From Candidatus Saccharimonadota bacterium (GTDB lineage Bacteria; Patescibacteriota; Saccharimonadia; Saccharimonadales; Saccharimonadaceae): a stretch of 32,000 nucleotides of DNA. The translations under genes were made by a program, and so were the position numbers. Positions within the stretch are counted from its first letter, which is position 1, and each line of letters begins with the position of its first letter. The notes under the pieces are model-generated. The model did no database searches and was not told the origin of the DNA. It was given only the letters and a program-made list of their open reading frames with translations. Positions 1 to 8,509 of this stretch are shown here, piece by piece. The stretch spans positions 510,001 through 542,000 of the forward strand of contig CP060232.1 in assembly GCA_023898645.1 (NCBI GenBank), read 5' to 3'.

Positions 1-1519
1 GTTCGATCAAGATATCTAGCACGGTAGCGACGATGTTGACCTGACTATAGCGGTAAGATATTTGCTGGCCTACAGCGATGAACGGCATATAGATAATGTC
101 GCGCAATAGAGAAAGGGAGCCTTGCGGTGTGTTGACTACTTCTAGTTCGTGAATCTGACGACTCAAACGGAAAGACAGGAAGCTGGCCGTTGACAAGAAG
201 GTAAAGAATATAAAGCCTTGGACTATGTTAAATTCAATCAAGTAAAGTCCGTAAGTAAGAGCGGCAAAAGCGATAAAGAAAATCGTGGCGTACATACTAT
301 TGAAGATAATTGACGAGGTCTTCTTAGGGATTCGTAGCGGGTAGGCCTTAGTGTCGCCGTCAAATATCATGTGGGACACTTGTTTTATAACTGCCGAGGT
401 GTTGCGATCTACTGGCTTTGAAAGAGTTACGCGACTAAACGCGATGAACAGAGCTGGGAAAAATAGATTTACCGCAAACGGCGTCCACAATATATGCCCG
501 CTTATAAATATGTCGTAAGGTACTTCAACTGCAAAACCGACAAGGCCTTTGGTGATGAGAAGGAATATGACGCTGCGTATGATTCCTACATCTAGACGTT
601 TGTCGAGCGCTGTATATTCCGCTTCTATGTGACGGTGAAGGTTCTGTTCGAGTGCTTCAGGCGATTTAAGCGACTGTGCTGTCAAAGGTGCTTCTTTGCC
701 GTAGAAGCCACTGTAGATGAACCTGAGCGAAGCGCCATTCTTGCTGACGATACGTGTCATATTGACAGTCGTCTTTGCGTCGAATAGGACGTCGACCCTA
801 CGGTTGAATTGTTCAAATGCTTTGATGTCATCTATATCTTGTCGGTAACTGTCGATAAGAGCTGTTCGGATGGTTGCATTGTCGGATTTAAGTAACGATC
901 TATGTATAGCGATATAGAGAATTATTGAGAAATCTTCTTGATTGAATACTTCATAATCTTTAATTATTTTTTTGGTGTTAATTTTTTCATGCAGATAGCT
1001 ATAGGCAAAATGAGCAAACATAAGTTGCCGGATATGACTTTGCAGAGTTTGTTCGGAGCGGACAGCAAGAACATCGAGTATCCATTTTTGAAATGCGGCA
1101 CGATCATCAATGTCGTTATCGGAACCAACGTAGTTCCAGTAGGCGTTGTAATAACGTTTTATGTCACGGTCAATGATTTTAACATCGGCTTTGGTGGTGT
1201 GGTCATTGGCTAAATATTCAGCTTGCGTAAGCTCCGCAACAAGTTCATCGGCTAGGTTTTTTGTTGAAGCTTTGGCATGAAAAGACAATACTCGTCGCAG
1301 ATAACGACGAATCGCGCGCTGCTGGAGTAGATCGCCTTCGGAATATTCCGAGGCATTGCGCAATTGCTCGTAGGCTGTAGAAATGGTGTTGCCAACCGTC
1401 GGGATATGGATAGTATCTTTTTCACGCCGGGCAAGTATGTCAGCTTCGTATGTGTCAATTCGTTTTAGCGAATCAGCAAGCAATCGCCCTAGCTGGCTTA
1501 TCTGAGAATTTTGATTCAC
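1..1519 (-). CDS. Hypothetical multi-pass membrane protein; C-terminal end runs off the left edge of the window; absent from the supplied ORF track
   Basis: I translated the reverse strand by hand. The frame is open from a GTG at 1519 down to position 1 (506 codons), with an in-frame TGA just upstream at 1547-1549. Product begins VNQNSQISQLGRLLADSLKRIDTYEADILARREKD. The N-terminal ~330 aa look soluble and helical, followed by at least 4 hydrophobic helices (IIRSVIFLLITKGLVGFAV, ILWTPFAVNLFFPALFIAF, IIFNSMYATIFFIAFAALTYGLYLI, IVQGFIFFTFLSTASFLSF). It lies directly downstream of pepN on the same strand. The two short track ORFs here are in other frames and have odd composition. Confidence 0.6.
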   Translation of the reverse strand, partial: MNQNSQISQLGRLLADSLKRIDTYEADILARREKDTIHIPTVGNTISTAYEQLRNASEYSEGDLLQQRAIRRYLRRVLSFHAKASTKNLADELVAELTQAEYLANDHTTKADVKIIDRDIKRYYNAYWNYVGSDNDIDDRAAFQKWILDVLAVRSEQTLQSHIRQLMFAHFAYSYLHEKINTKKIIKDYEVFNQEDFSIILYIAIHRSLLKSDNATIRTALIDSYRQDIDDIKAFEQFNRRVDVLFDAKTTVNMTRIVSKNGASLRFIYSGFYGKEAPLTAQSLKSPEALEQNLHRHIEAEYTALDKRLDVGIIRSVIFLLITKGLVGFAVEVPYDIFISGHILWTPFAVNLFFPALFIAFSRVTLSKPVDRNTSAVIKQVSHMIFDGDTKAYPLRIPKKTSSIIFNSMYATIFFIAFAALTYGLYLIEFNIVQGFIFFTFLSTASFLSFRLSRQIHELEVVNTPQGSLSLLRDIIYMPFIAVGQQISYRYSQVNIVATVLDILIE

Positions 1520-1574
1520 GAAACCAATTATAACCTTTCTTTGACGTCAATGCGGGACAATCACGAATATTAAA

Positions 1575-4094
1575 CTAATTTTCAATTGCAAGTAATGCAG
1601 CTACAACCGCATCTTTGTCGCGTTCTATGAGCTCTACGCGACCCTCTATCTCACTGATGCCAACTGAAATTGCACGACTGAGGGCAGGAATGCTAAGTTT
1701 TGGCTCAAAGAACGCCTTGAATTCTTCGAGCTGTTGGCGAGTGCAGAGCGCACTTGATGCGAAGCGGACAAAATCTTCGTAACTTTTGTCGCCGGCAAAC
1801 GATCGCTCCACCCAGTCCCAGTTGTCGCGTAGCCACTGCCATGAAAGATCACGACTGTATCGACCACGCACAAGGTATACAAACCATCGATAAGAGTCTT
1901 GCGGACGGATGACACTTGGATCTTTGAGTAGGTTTAGTAATTCTGTAATTTTATCCGGTAAGCGAGTACTAGTAACGCCCATGCAGATGTCTTGGCGCAG
2001 TTCCGCAGAGCTTGTAGACTTGTAGGCATTTATCATCTCGTCAACGATGCTAGCGTCACCGTAACGGGCAACGGTTCCAAGGATGAGTGGCCGCAGTTCT
2101 GGGTCTAAGTCCTCAGTTTTATGTCGATCGTACAGCTCTTGAGACATCATGAGAGCTTCGGGTACTTCGCCATACAGAGTTTGCCCTACGACGATTGCGC
2201 GGAGCTTCGTGTCTTCTTCCGATTCGCCGCTAATGACGTTCCAGCCGAGTCGTTCATATTGTTTTGATGCGAGATTTGCAGCTAGTTGTCGCAGCTTTTC
2301 TTCTGCAGCTGGGGCATCCTCTACGAATTTACGTAATTCCCCGACTGCCAAAGAAATGATACTCCAGACTGATTCAAGCTCTTCATCCTTGTAAGATTGC
2401 AACAGCGGAAGCAGTTGCTCGCTAGACATGATACCGCCTCGGGCAAGTAAGGTTGCTTCGTCGAGCAGCTGAGTTCGGCCGACCGCATCGAGTGAGCCAT
2501 CTTGTATTCGGCTGATTAGGTGCTGGCGTGATGTGTCATCATAGTGAGTTATGAAATGCGCACTATCTGCTTCGTTGAGCTGAAGAGGTTCGTTTGATGT
2601 AAAGCTGACAGATTTAGAATTGAGCAATTTAGGTACGATATCCGAGCTTGATTCAAGGGGGATTGGCCAAAGTTTTTCAGATGCCTCGTGAGGTCCAACA
2701 AAGAATTGTTGTTGTGACAACGTAACATTGTCTCCTTCACGGGTAACGTTTACGACCGGATAGCCTGATTGTGAAATCCATGTGTTCATGATAGCGGCGA
2801 TGTCTTTTCCACTTGCGTCGCTAAGCTCGACCCACAGGTCATTGCCGACAGTATTTTTGTACGCATGTTCTGCGAAATAATGCTTTAAGCCAGCTTTGAA
2901 CGATTCATTACCGATATAATACTGAATCATACGAAGAAGGCGGCAACCTTTTGCGTATACGATGGCGCCGTCAAAGAGGGTGCTAATTTCGTCTGGATGA
3001 TTAACGTCGACTTGGACGGATTGGACGCCGTCTATACAGTCTCTTCGAAGAGCGGCGATAGATTCGTTTGTAATGAAGCTTTGCCATATGTTCCATTCGG
3101 GATGAATGGCGTCAATGGAAATGTATTCCATGAGTGTAGCAAAGCTTTCGTTGAGCCATAGGTCATTCCACCAGCTCATCGTGACGAGATTACCAAACCA
3201 TTGGTGAGCTAATTCGTGGGCAATGACTGTCGCTATGTAATGTCGACCACTAACGCTGACGATTTTTGGATCTGCGAGTAGTGCGACCTCGCGGTAGGTG
3301 ATAAGTCCCCAGTTTTCCATGGCGCCCACAGTAAAGTCTGGCAGTGCGACGTGGTCACTTTTTGGTAATGGATAAGATGTGCCAAAATAATCATCATAAA
3401 ATTCAATAACTTTAACGGCTGTTTCAAGAGCGAAATCGAGACTTTCGGCAGTTTGAGCTGGCGTTGCCCACACGTTGACCTCGACACCGCTATTGGTTCG
3501 AGAAGTTTTGCGGTGTAGCTCACCGACGACAAATGCGACTAGATATGTGCTCATGCGTGGAGTTGTTTGGAAGTGCGTAACGAGCTTACCGTCTACTACG
3601 GACTGCTCATCGATAGGCATGTTCGACAGCACGGTCTGGTTTGGAGTGGTCGATAAGTGTACGTCAAAGCGCGCCTTAGCGCCCGGCTCATCTATACAGG
3701 GGAATGCTTCGCGTGCGTAGTGAGATTCGAATTGTGTTGCTATGAGTTCTTTTTTAACCCCATCATGCTCAAAATAACAGGGGTAAATTCCATGCATTTG
3801 ATCAGTAATTTTGGCGTTGAATTCTACTGTCGCCGTATGTTCTCCGACTGAGATGTTGCTACCGAGCGCCAGTTCATCTAGCTCTCCAGGCACGAATTCT
3901 ACAGATTGGCCGTCGATTGTCGCCTTAGTGATTGTTAGATGTTTTGCGTGTAGCTTGACTGGCTGGCCGCTGATGTTTGCTCGCCCGCGGACAGAGACTG
4001 TTCCGCTATATGTGTGTTCTGACTCGTTTAAGTCGATTTTTAGGTCGTAATGCTCTGGTGTGAAGTAGTCAATTAGTTTGGGTACGCTAGTCAT
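1575..4094 (-). CDS. pepN: Aminopeptidase N (M1 family zinc metallopeptidase)
   Basis: 839-aa ORF with the GAMEN exopeptidase motif (VGAMENWGLITY) and the zinc site HELAH-18 residues-E (HELAHQWFGNLVTMSWWNDLWLNESFA). Long C-terminal helical (ERAP1_C-like) region. Confidence 0.95.
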   Translation of the reverse strand: MTSVPKLIDYFTPEHYDLKIDLNESEHTYSGTVSVRGRANISGQPVKLHAKHLTITKATIDGQSVEFVPGELDELALGSNISVGEHTATVEFNAKITDQMHGIYPCYFEHDGVKKELIATQFESHYAREAFPCIDEPGAKARFDVHLSTTPNQTVLSNMPIDEQSVVDGKLVTHFQTTPRMSTYLVAFVVGELHRKTSRTNSGVEVNVWATPAQTAESLDFALETAVKVIEFYDDYFGTSYPLPKSDHVALPDFTVGAMENWGLITYREVALLADPKIVSVSGRHYIATVIAHELAHQWFGNLVTMSWWNDLWLNESFATLMEYISIDAIHPEWNIWQSFITNESIAALRRDCIDGVQSVQVDVNHPDEISTLFDGAIVYAKGCRLLRMIQYYIGNESFKAGLKHYFAEHAYKNTVGNDLWVELSDASGKDIAAIMNTWISQSGYPVVNVTREGDNVTLSQQQFFVGPHEASEKLWPIPLESSSDIVPKLLNSKSVSFTSNEPLQLNEADSAHFITHYDDTSRQHLISRIQDGSLDAVGRTQLLDEATLLARGGIMSSEQLLPLLQSYKDEELESVWSIISLAVGELRKFVEDAPAAEEKLRQLAANLASKQYERLGWNVISGESEEDTKLRAIVVGQTLYGEVPEALMMSQELYDRHKTEDLDPELRPLILGTVARYGDASIVDEMINAYKSTSSAELRQDICMGVTSTRLPDKITELLNLLKDPSVIRPQDSYRWFVYLVRGRYSRDLSWQWLRDNWDWVERSFAGDKSYEDFVRFASSALCTRQQLEEFKAFFEPKLSIPALSRAISVGISEIEGRVELIERDKDAVVAALLAIEN

Positions 4095-4100
4095 GCATCC

Positions 4101-4108
4101 AGTATACT
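4101..4108. promoter_or_regulatory. Palindromic -10 element AGTATACT shared by divergent pepN and the nuclease gene (putative bidirectional leaderless promoter)
   Basis: The intergenic region is only 20 bp (4095-4114). TATACT reads on both strands from the palindrome AGTATACT. On each strand the hexamer is followed by exactly 6 nt and then ATG (4115 on plus, 4094 on minus). There is no room for a Shine-Dalgarno sequence. Confidence 0.4.
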
Positions 4109-4114
4109 AAAGAA

Positions 4115-4822
4115 ATGATTTCGAGGACACTGCGACGCCGACGGATAGGCGCCGCCATTGCTATGCTTATACTCGCCGTCGTGACAATGGTACAAAATGA
4201 TGACATGTGGCAGATGCAGTCTTTGTCGGCTCCATCTCCGAAAACGTCAGATTCAGTGTCTGGTGACGCGGCTAATTTGCTTACGACGATTCCTATAAAG
4301 GGACGTGCACCTAAGACTGGTTATTCACGAATGCAGTACGGAGATGGCTGGGCAACAACAGATGGTTGCGATACGCGAAACATTATATTGCACCGTGATT
4401 TACAGAAACCGGTTGTCGGCGATAACTGCAATGTTTTAAGCGGGACGCTAGACGATCCTTACACTGGTAAGACAATTGTGTTTAAACGCGGCGCAGATTC
4501 GAGCGCAGATGTTCAAATTGATCATGTGGTGGCGCTTGGCGACACGTGGCAAAAGGGCGCTCAGCAACTTAGCAAAGATGAGCGCTTAAGGCTTGCGAAT
4601 GATCCGCTAGAGTTACTGGCGGTAGATGGACCGGCTAACCAGCAAAAAAGTGATGCCGACGCCGCAACCTGGTTGCCGTCAAACAAGCCGTTTCGTTGTC
4701 AATATGTCGCTCGTCAAATTGCCGTCAAGGCGAAATACCACCTGTGGATGACACAGGCGGAGCACGATGCTATAGCTGGAATCTTATCAAGGTGTCCGGG
4801 TCAGCCATTGCCGATGGCTTGA
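4115..4822 (+). CDS. Membrane-anchored or secreted DUF1524/HNH (His-Me finger) family nuclease
   Basis: 235 aa. N-terminal basic stretch plus hydrophobic anchor (RRRRIGAAIAMLILAVVTMV). C-terminal core typical of the extracellular DUF1524/GmrSD_C-like nucleases of Gram-positives (CDTRNIILHRDL, VQIDHVVALGDTWQKGA, GPANQQKSDADAATWLP). Confidence 0.7.
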   Translation: MISRTLRRRRIGAAIAMLILAVVTMVQNDDMWQMQSLSAPSPKTSDSVSGDAANLLTTIPIKGRAPKTGYSRMQYGDGWATTDGCDTRNIILHRDLQKPVVGDNCNVLSGTLDDPYTGKTIVFKRGADSSADVQIDHVVALGDTWQKGAQQLSKDERLRLANDPLELLAVDGPANQQKSDADAATWLPSNKPFRCQYVARQIAVKAKYHLWMTQAEHDAIAGILSRCPGQPLPMA

Positions 4823-5793
4823 ATTTGACGTTTGTCTGTCTCGTCTTCAATTTCATGCCCAACGATTTCTTCAATCAGATCCTCAATAGTGACGATACCT
4901 ACGATGTAATCGTCTTTTTCAATTGGAATCAAGTGAGAGCTGGTCGAAATAAACCTACGAAGCATTGTGTCGAGTGCGGTGCGACTCCCAACCATCTGGA
5001 CTGGATAAAGAGGAAGATCGTCTACGGTATAGTCTGTGTCATCAAAGTCGATATCAACTAGATCTTTCATAAGAAGTACACCATAGCAGTGCGTAAGCTT
5101 CTGATTAAAGATAGGTATGCGACTGCGACCAACTGCTTTGATTTCGTCTATCTTTTCTGCAGTTAAGTGCGTACCGGGTTCTAGCCAGAAAACATGATTA
5201 ATGTGCAGCATTATATCGCTTACTCGTTTTTCACTAAGTTGCAACGCTCCACGGATGATTTCAACTTCATCGTTATCAAGTTCGCTTTCTCTATGACCAA
5301 TATGCTCACTAATGAGCACGCCGAGTTCTTGTCTGGTGTGTAGCTGAGTGCGCTGTTCGCTGAATAAGTAGTCTAGTAAAAGCTGAAGAGGCTTAGATAT
5401 GGGGTAGGTTATGAAGATCATCAGTTTAATAACAGGGACTAAGAAAGACATGTAACGAAGTGCATCTCGGCTAAATAATGCCTGAGGAAGTATTTCTCCG
5501 AAAACGACGATCAAGACAGTCGTAATAAAGCCAGCAAGCAAGCCGTATAAAAAGCTTTCTAAAAATAATGATGTCGCAGACACTGCGGCCACGTTGCTTA
5601 GGAGAATTGCGGCTAGTGTGAGGTGGGTATTTTTTCTAAACGGATAAACACGTTTAGCTTTAGTATTCCCAAGTTTTGCTTTGCGATGGAGGTCGCCTAA
5701 ATCGAGTGACATGAGAGCAATATTCAAACCCGAACAGAGGGCAGACAATCCAATCAGCAGGACGACGATGATAATAGTAAGTAATATACTCAC
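4801..5793 (-). CDS. CNNM/DUF21 transmembrane domain plus CBS-pair protein (CorB/TlyC-like putative Mg2+/Co2+ transporter, 'hemolysin family')
   Basis: 330 aa with a GTG start. N-terminal 4-helix DUF21 region (ILLTIIIVVLLIGLSALCSGLNIALMSL...) is followed by a CBS pair (RVSDIMLHINHVFWL ... IVGIVTIEDLIEEIVG). The CorC_HlyC C-terminal domain is absent. The 3' end overlaps the convergent nuclease gene by 22 nt. Confidence 0.85.
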   Translation of the reverse strand: MSILLTIIIVVLLIGLSALCSGLNIALMSLDLGDLHRKAKLGNTKAKRVYPFRKNTHLTLAAILLSNVAAVSATSLFLESFLYGLLAGFITTVLIVVFGEILPQALFSRDALRYMSFLVPVIKLMIFITYPISKPLQLLLDYLFSEQRTQLHTRQELGVLISEHIGHRESELDNDEVEIIRGALQLSEKRVSDIMLHINHVFWLEPGTHLTAEKIDEIKAVGRSRIPIFNQKLTHCYGVLLMKDLVDIDFDDTDYTVDDLPLYPVQMVGSRTALDTMLRRFISTSSHLIPIEKDDYIVGIVTIEDLIEEIVGHEIEDETDKRQIQAIGNG

Positions 5794-5807
5794 AGAATGA
5801 TTACCAT

Positions 5808-5816
5808 TTTATAACA
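5808..5816 (-). promoter_or_regulatory. Extended -10 promoter (TGTTATAAA) for the CNNM gene
   Basis: The reverse strand reads TGtTATAAA, with 14 nt to the GTG start at 5793. This implies a very short leader. Confidence 0.35.
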
Positions 5817-5846
5817 GTATGGTCGTTCTAGTAAAGGCCGAGTATT

Positions 5847-6386
5847 TTATGACGGCTGGCCATCCCTGTTATTTTCTAATAGTGCCCAAATGTCATGCCA
5901 TGGCATGCCTTTTTTTCGTAGAAACAACATCTCGAATTCACGTTTATTGCGCTGGATGTCGTCATCTAGCTCTTTCATTTCTGCTTCGTTTGAAGGGATA
6001 AAAAAGTCGTCAAACGATTGCGGCGCAGGTATGACGACGCCGTTTTTTTCGTCTTGTTTAGTACGCGGCCATACGTGAAAATGCACGTGATCCATTTTGA
6101 TTCCGTTTTCCTTTTGAAGTGGTTGTGACTTTTGCGTGACGACAGAGCCGTACCCAAAATCCACGACATCGGCGAGAGACTCTGCTTCGTAAACGATTCG
6201 ACCCAATAAAGCTGCGCCCATCTTGCTGGCGACAGTATAGTGCTCATCAGGGACGACTAGTAGATGATTGCGTCGGAACCTTGGTTTAGAAAAAAATGAT
6301 ATAAAACCATCCCCTCTGTTTACTATAAGGTTTTTCATGGAGTCGTCCGGCTGACAAAATGCACAGTCTGGTTTCTTTTCGGGCAT
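5847..6386 (-). CDS. HIT (histidine triad) family nucleotide hydrolase/transferase
   Basis: Histidine triad HVHFHVWPR and an N-terminal CAFC motif. I prefer the ATG at 6386 because AAGGAG sits 5 nt upstream of it. The track start at 6401 would place that SD inside the ORF. It carries a C-terminal extension of ~45 aa beyond a minimal HinT. Confidence 0.85.
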   Translation of the reverse strand: MPEKKPDCAFCQPDDSMKNLIVNRGDGFISFFSKPRFRRNHLLVVPDEHYTVASKMGAALLGRIVYEAESLADVVDFGYGSVVTQKSQPLQKENGIKMDHVHFHVWPRTKQDEKNGVVIPAPQSFDDFFIPSNEAEMKELDDDIQRNKREFEMLFLRKKGMPWHDIWALLENNRDGQPS

Positions 6387-6499
6387 TGCGGCTCCTTTCA
6401 TTGTTCTATTGCTATAAACTCACCTGCATGCTAAACTTATTTTAGTACATTCCGGCCGGCAGGTCGGATTTTTTCATACAAGAAAGGAACAATGACACA

Positions 6500-7657
6500 A
6501 TGGAAGACTTAAACATTAAACAACTTACACTGGCCGTCCGTACGATTGCTGAGGAAAAGAACCTACCCGAAGAGACTGTCATGAGCGTTATTGAGCAGGC
6601 GATTGCCGCCGCTTGGCGCCGAGACAACGGAGAGCGCGATCAAGAAGTGCGCGCAGTACTTAACGTTAATGACGGCACTGCAAAAGTATTCGTAGCTCGT
6701 GAAGTAGTAGAGATCGTCGGAAGCGACGCTGTCGAAATCAGCCTAGAAGACGCGAAGAAAGTAAAGAAAGACGCTGAGATTGGTGATGTAATTGAAGAAG
6801 AGCACGAAGTCGAGTCATTTGGCCGCGTGGCAGCTCAGACCGCCAAGCAAGTCGTGTTGCAGCGTCTTCGTGAAGCAGAGCGTGAAGTCGTACTAGCTGA
6901 ATACGAAGACAAAATCGGTACCGTTGTTACCGGTACTGTGCAGCGTGTAGAACCACGTGTGATTCGCGTAGAATTAGGTAAAGCTGCAGGTATCATTCCT
7001 CAGAGTGAACAGATTCAGGGCGAGTACTACAGTGTCGGTTCTCGCATAAAGGTATTTATAAAGGACATCGAGCGCGATAATCGTGGTCCTCAATTGATTT
7101 TGAGCCGCGGTAACGAATCCTTTGTCGAATACTTGTTCCGTCAGGAAGTTCCTGAGATGGAAACTGGCGCCGTTGAGATTAAGACCATCGCTCGTGAGGC
7201 TGGTCGTCGTACGAAATTGGCGGTTGCTAGCACTGTACCTGGCGTGGATCCTGTCGGTACGTTTGTTGGCGGTCACGGTACTCGCGTGCAGGCTGTTATG
7301 AACGAAATCGGCGATCAGGAAAAAATCGACATCATCACATATGATGAGAATCCCGAACAATTTATTCGCAATGCGCTGAGCCCAGCAGAAGTTGCAAAAG
7401 TTGAAATTGACGAAGCGGCTAAAAACGCAAAGGTTTACGTAGCTGAAGATCAGCAATCAATTGCAATTGGGCGCGGCGGTCAGAATGTTCGCTTGGCGTC
7501 ACGCTTAACTGGTTACGAACTCGACATTGAGACTGCGCAACCAGAAAAGAAGGTAGAGCCAGTCAAACCAAAGAAAAACATCGAAGACAGTCTGTTTAGC
7601 GCTATCGAAGAAGCTGGTGACGAAGTTAAAGAAAGCGAAGAGAAGAGCGAAGAATAG
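6500..7657 (+). CDS. nusA: Transcription termination/antitermination factor NusA
   Basis: 385 aa with NusA N-terminal domain, S1 domain (GTVVTGTVQRVEPRVIRVELG) and two KH domains (second contains GRGGQNVRLASRLTG). Acidic/lysine-rich tail and no AR1/AR2 repeats. No rimP upstream or infB downstream in this window. Confidence 0.95.
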   Translation: MEDLNIKQLTLAVRTIAEEKNLPEETVMSVIEQAIAAAWRRDNGERDQEVRAVLNVNDGTAKVFVAREVVEIVGSDAVEISLEDAKKVKKDAEIGDVIEEEHEVESFGRVAAQTAKQVVLQRLREAEREVVLAEYEDKIGTVVTGTVQRVEPRVIRVELGKAAGIIPQSEQIQGEYYSVGSRIKVFIKDIERDNRGPQLILSRGNESFVEYLFRQEVPEMETGAVEIKTIAREAGRRTKLAVASTVPGVDPVGTFVGGHGTRVQAVMNEIGDQEKIDIITYDENPEQFIRNALSPAEVAKVEIDEAAKNAKVYVAEDQQSIAIGRGGQNVRLASRLTGYELDIETAQPEKKVEPVKPKKNIEDSLFSAIEEAGDEVKESEEKSEE

Positions 7658-7676
7658 TCTTCTGGATATTCACATT

Positions 7677-7708
7677 AAAATACCGCCTCGTGGAGGCGGT
7701 ATTTTTTT
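7677..7708. terminator. Bidirectional rho-independent terminator between convergent nusA and the ABC permease gene
   Basis: AAAATACCGCCTC-GTG-GAGGCGGTATTTTTTT. A 9-10 bp GC-rich stem is flanked by an A-run on the left and a T-run on the right, so it is usable on both strands. Confidence 0.8.
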
Positions 7709-7714
7709 GATTCT

Positions 7715-8509
7715 CTATGTTTGTATGTCGCGACGGATGAAGCCAAGCCAACCTACTATTGTCAGCACGACTATGACACCGACAAGTATATATACGTGAT
7801 GTGTGTTCAGGCCGTGTTGCATGATTTGCGGGTTATTGTAGTAATGAAAGATAGATAGCTTATCTGGTGCCTGCAGTTCTTTAACTGCCGGCGCAAGCGA
7901 CGAAATGATAAAGCTGAGCGCTGCATAGCCACTAGCGACTGCGACCGTGAGACCTTTTTTGCCGAACGCCATGGCTACACTAAATGCGACAAGGCCGTAC
8001 GCGACGTTCATAAGCCATGCATCAAATGCCGACTGCATAATACGAGGAAAATCGACAGACTTATCAATGATAGGCAGCGCTAGGTAGACTCCGGCAACGA
8101 TACCAGAGCATACGACTGCTATAAAAAATACGAGCGCGAGCCATTTTTGGAAATATACCGAGGTACGTGTAACGGGTAGACTCAGTAGCGACTGCAGGCG
8201 TCGGGAGTCTTCTTCGCTGGCGCTGATACCTATAAAAACTATGATAGACATGGCGATTGTCAGTATCACGACATTGGGTCCAAAGATTTGCTGACCGACA
8301 TAGCCTGGAATTGTTTTAAAGTCAGCAACGTCTCCAACAAGTGATTTGAGTGAGTCTGGGACTGAATTAACGATGCTTTCGATACCTTGTTGGTTGAATG
8401 AGTTAAAGAGAACCATGGTTAGAAACGCGACAAAAGTGATGCTAAGCATCCAGCCAAGAAGCTGCCAACGTAGGTTAAATATCGTTTTCAGTAATACTGA
8501 CCTAAACAT
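7715..8509 (-). CDS. ABC-2 type transporter permease
   Basis: 264 aa with about 6 hydrophobic helices. Its start overlaps the stop of the upstream ATPase gene by 8 nt, consistent with translational coupling. Confidence 0.7.
   Translation of the reverse strand: MFRSVLLKTIFNLRWQLLGWMLSITFVAFLTMVLFNSFNQQGIESIVNSVPDSLKSLVGDVADFKTIPGYVGQQIFGPNVVILTIAMSIIVFIGISASEEDSRRLQSLLSLPVTRTSVYFQKWLALVFFIAVVCSGIVAGVYLALPIIDKSVDFPRIMQSAFDAWLMNVAYGLVAFSVAMAFGKKGLTVAVASGYAALSFIISSLAPAVKELQAPDKLSIFHYYNNPQIMQHGLNTHHVYILVGVIVVLTIVGWLGFIRRDIQT

Noticed and set aside
938-1458. Track ORFs 938..1213 (+) and 1252..1458 (-)
   Set aside because: Both lie inside, and out of frame with, the much longer GTG-start minus-strand ORF 1..1519. 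They have low-complexity or odd composition and no SD.
1646-4050. Multiple 60-100 aa ORFs nested in or antisense to pepN, and similar nested ORFs inside clpC, radA, the PBP gene, recG, hisS and others
   Set aside because: All lie within long ORFs that carry unambiguous family motifs, and they show no independent start signals. They are typical shadow ORFs.
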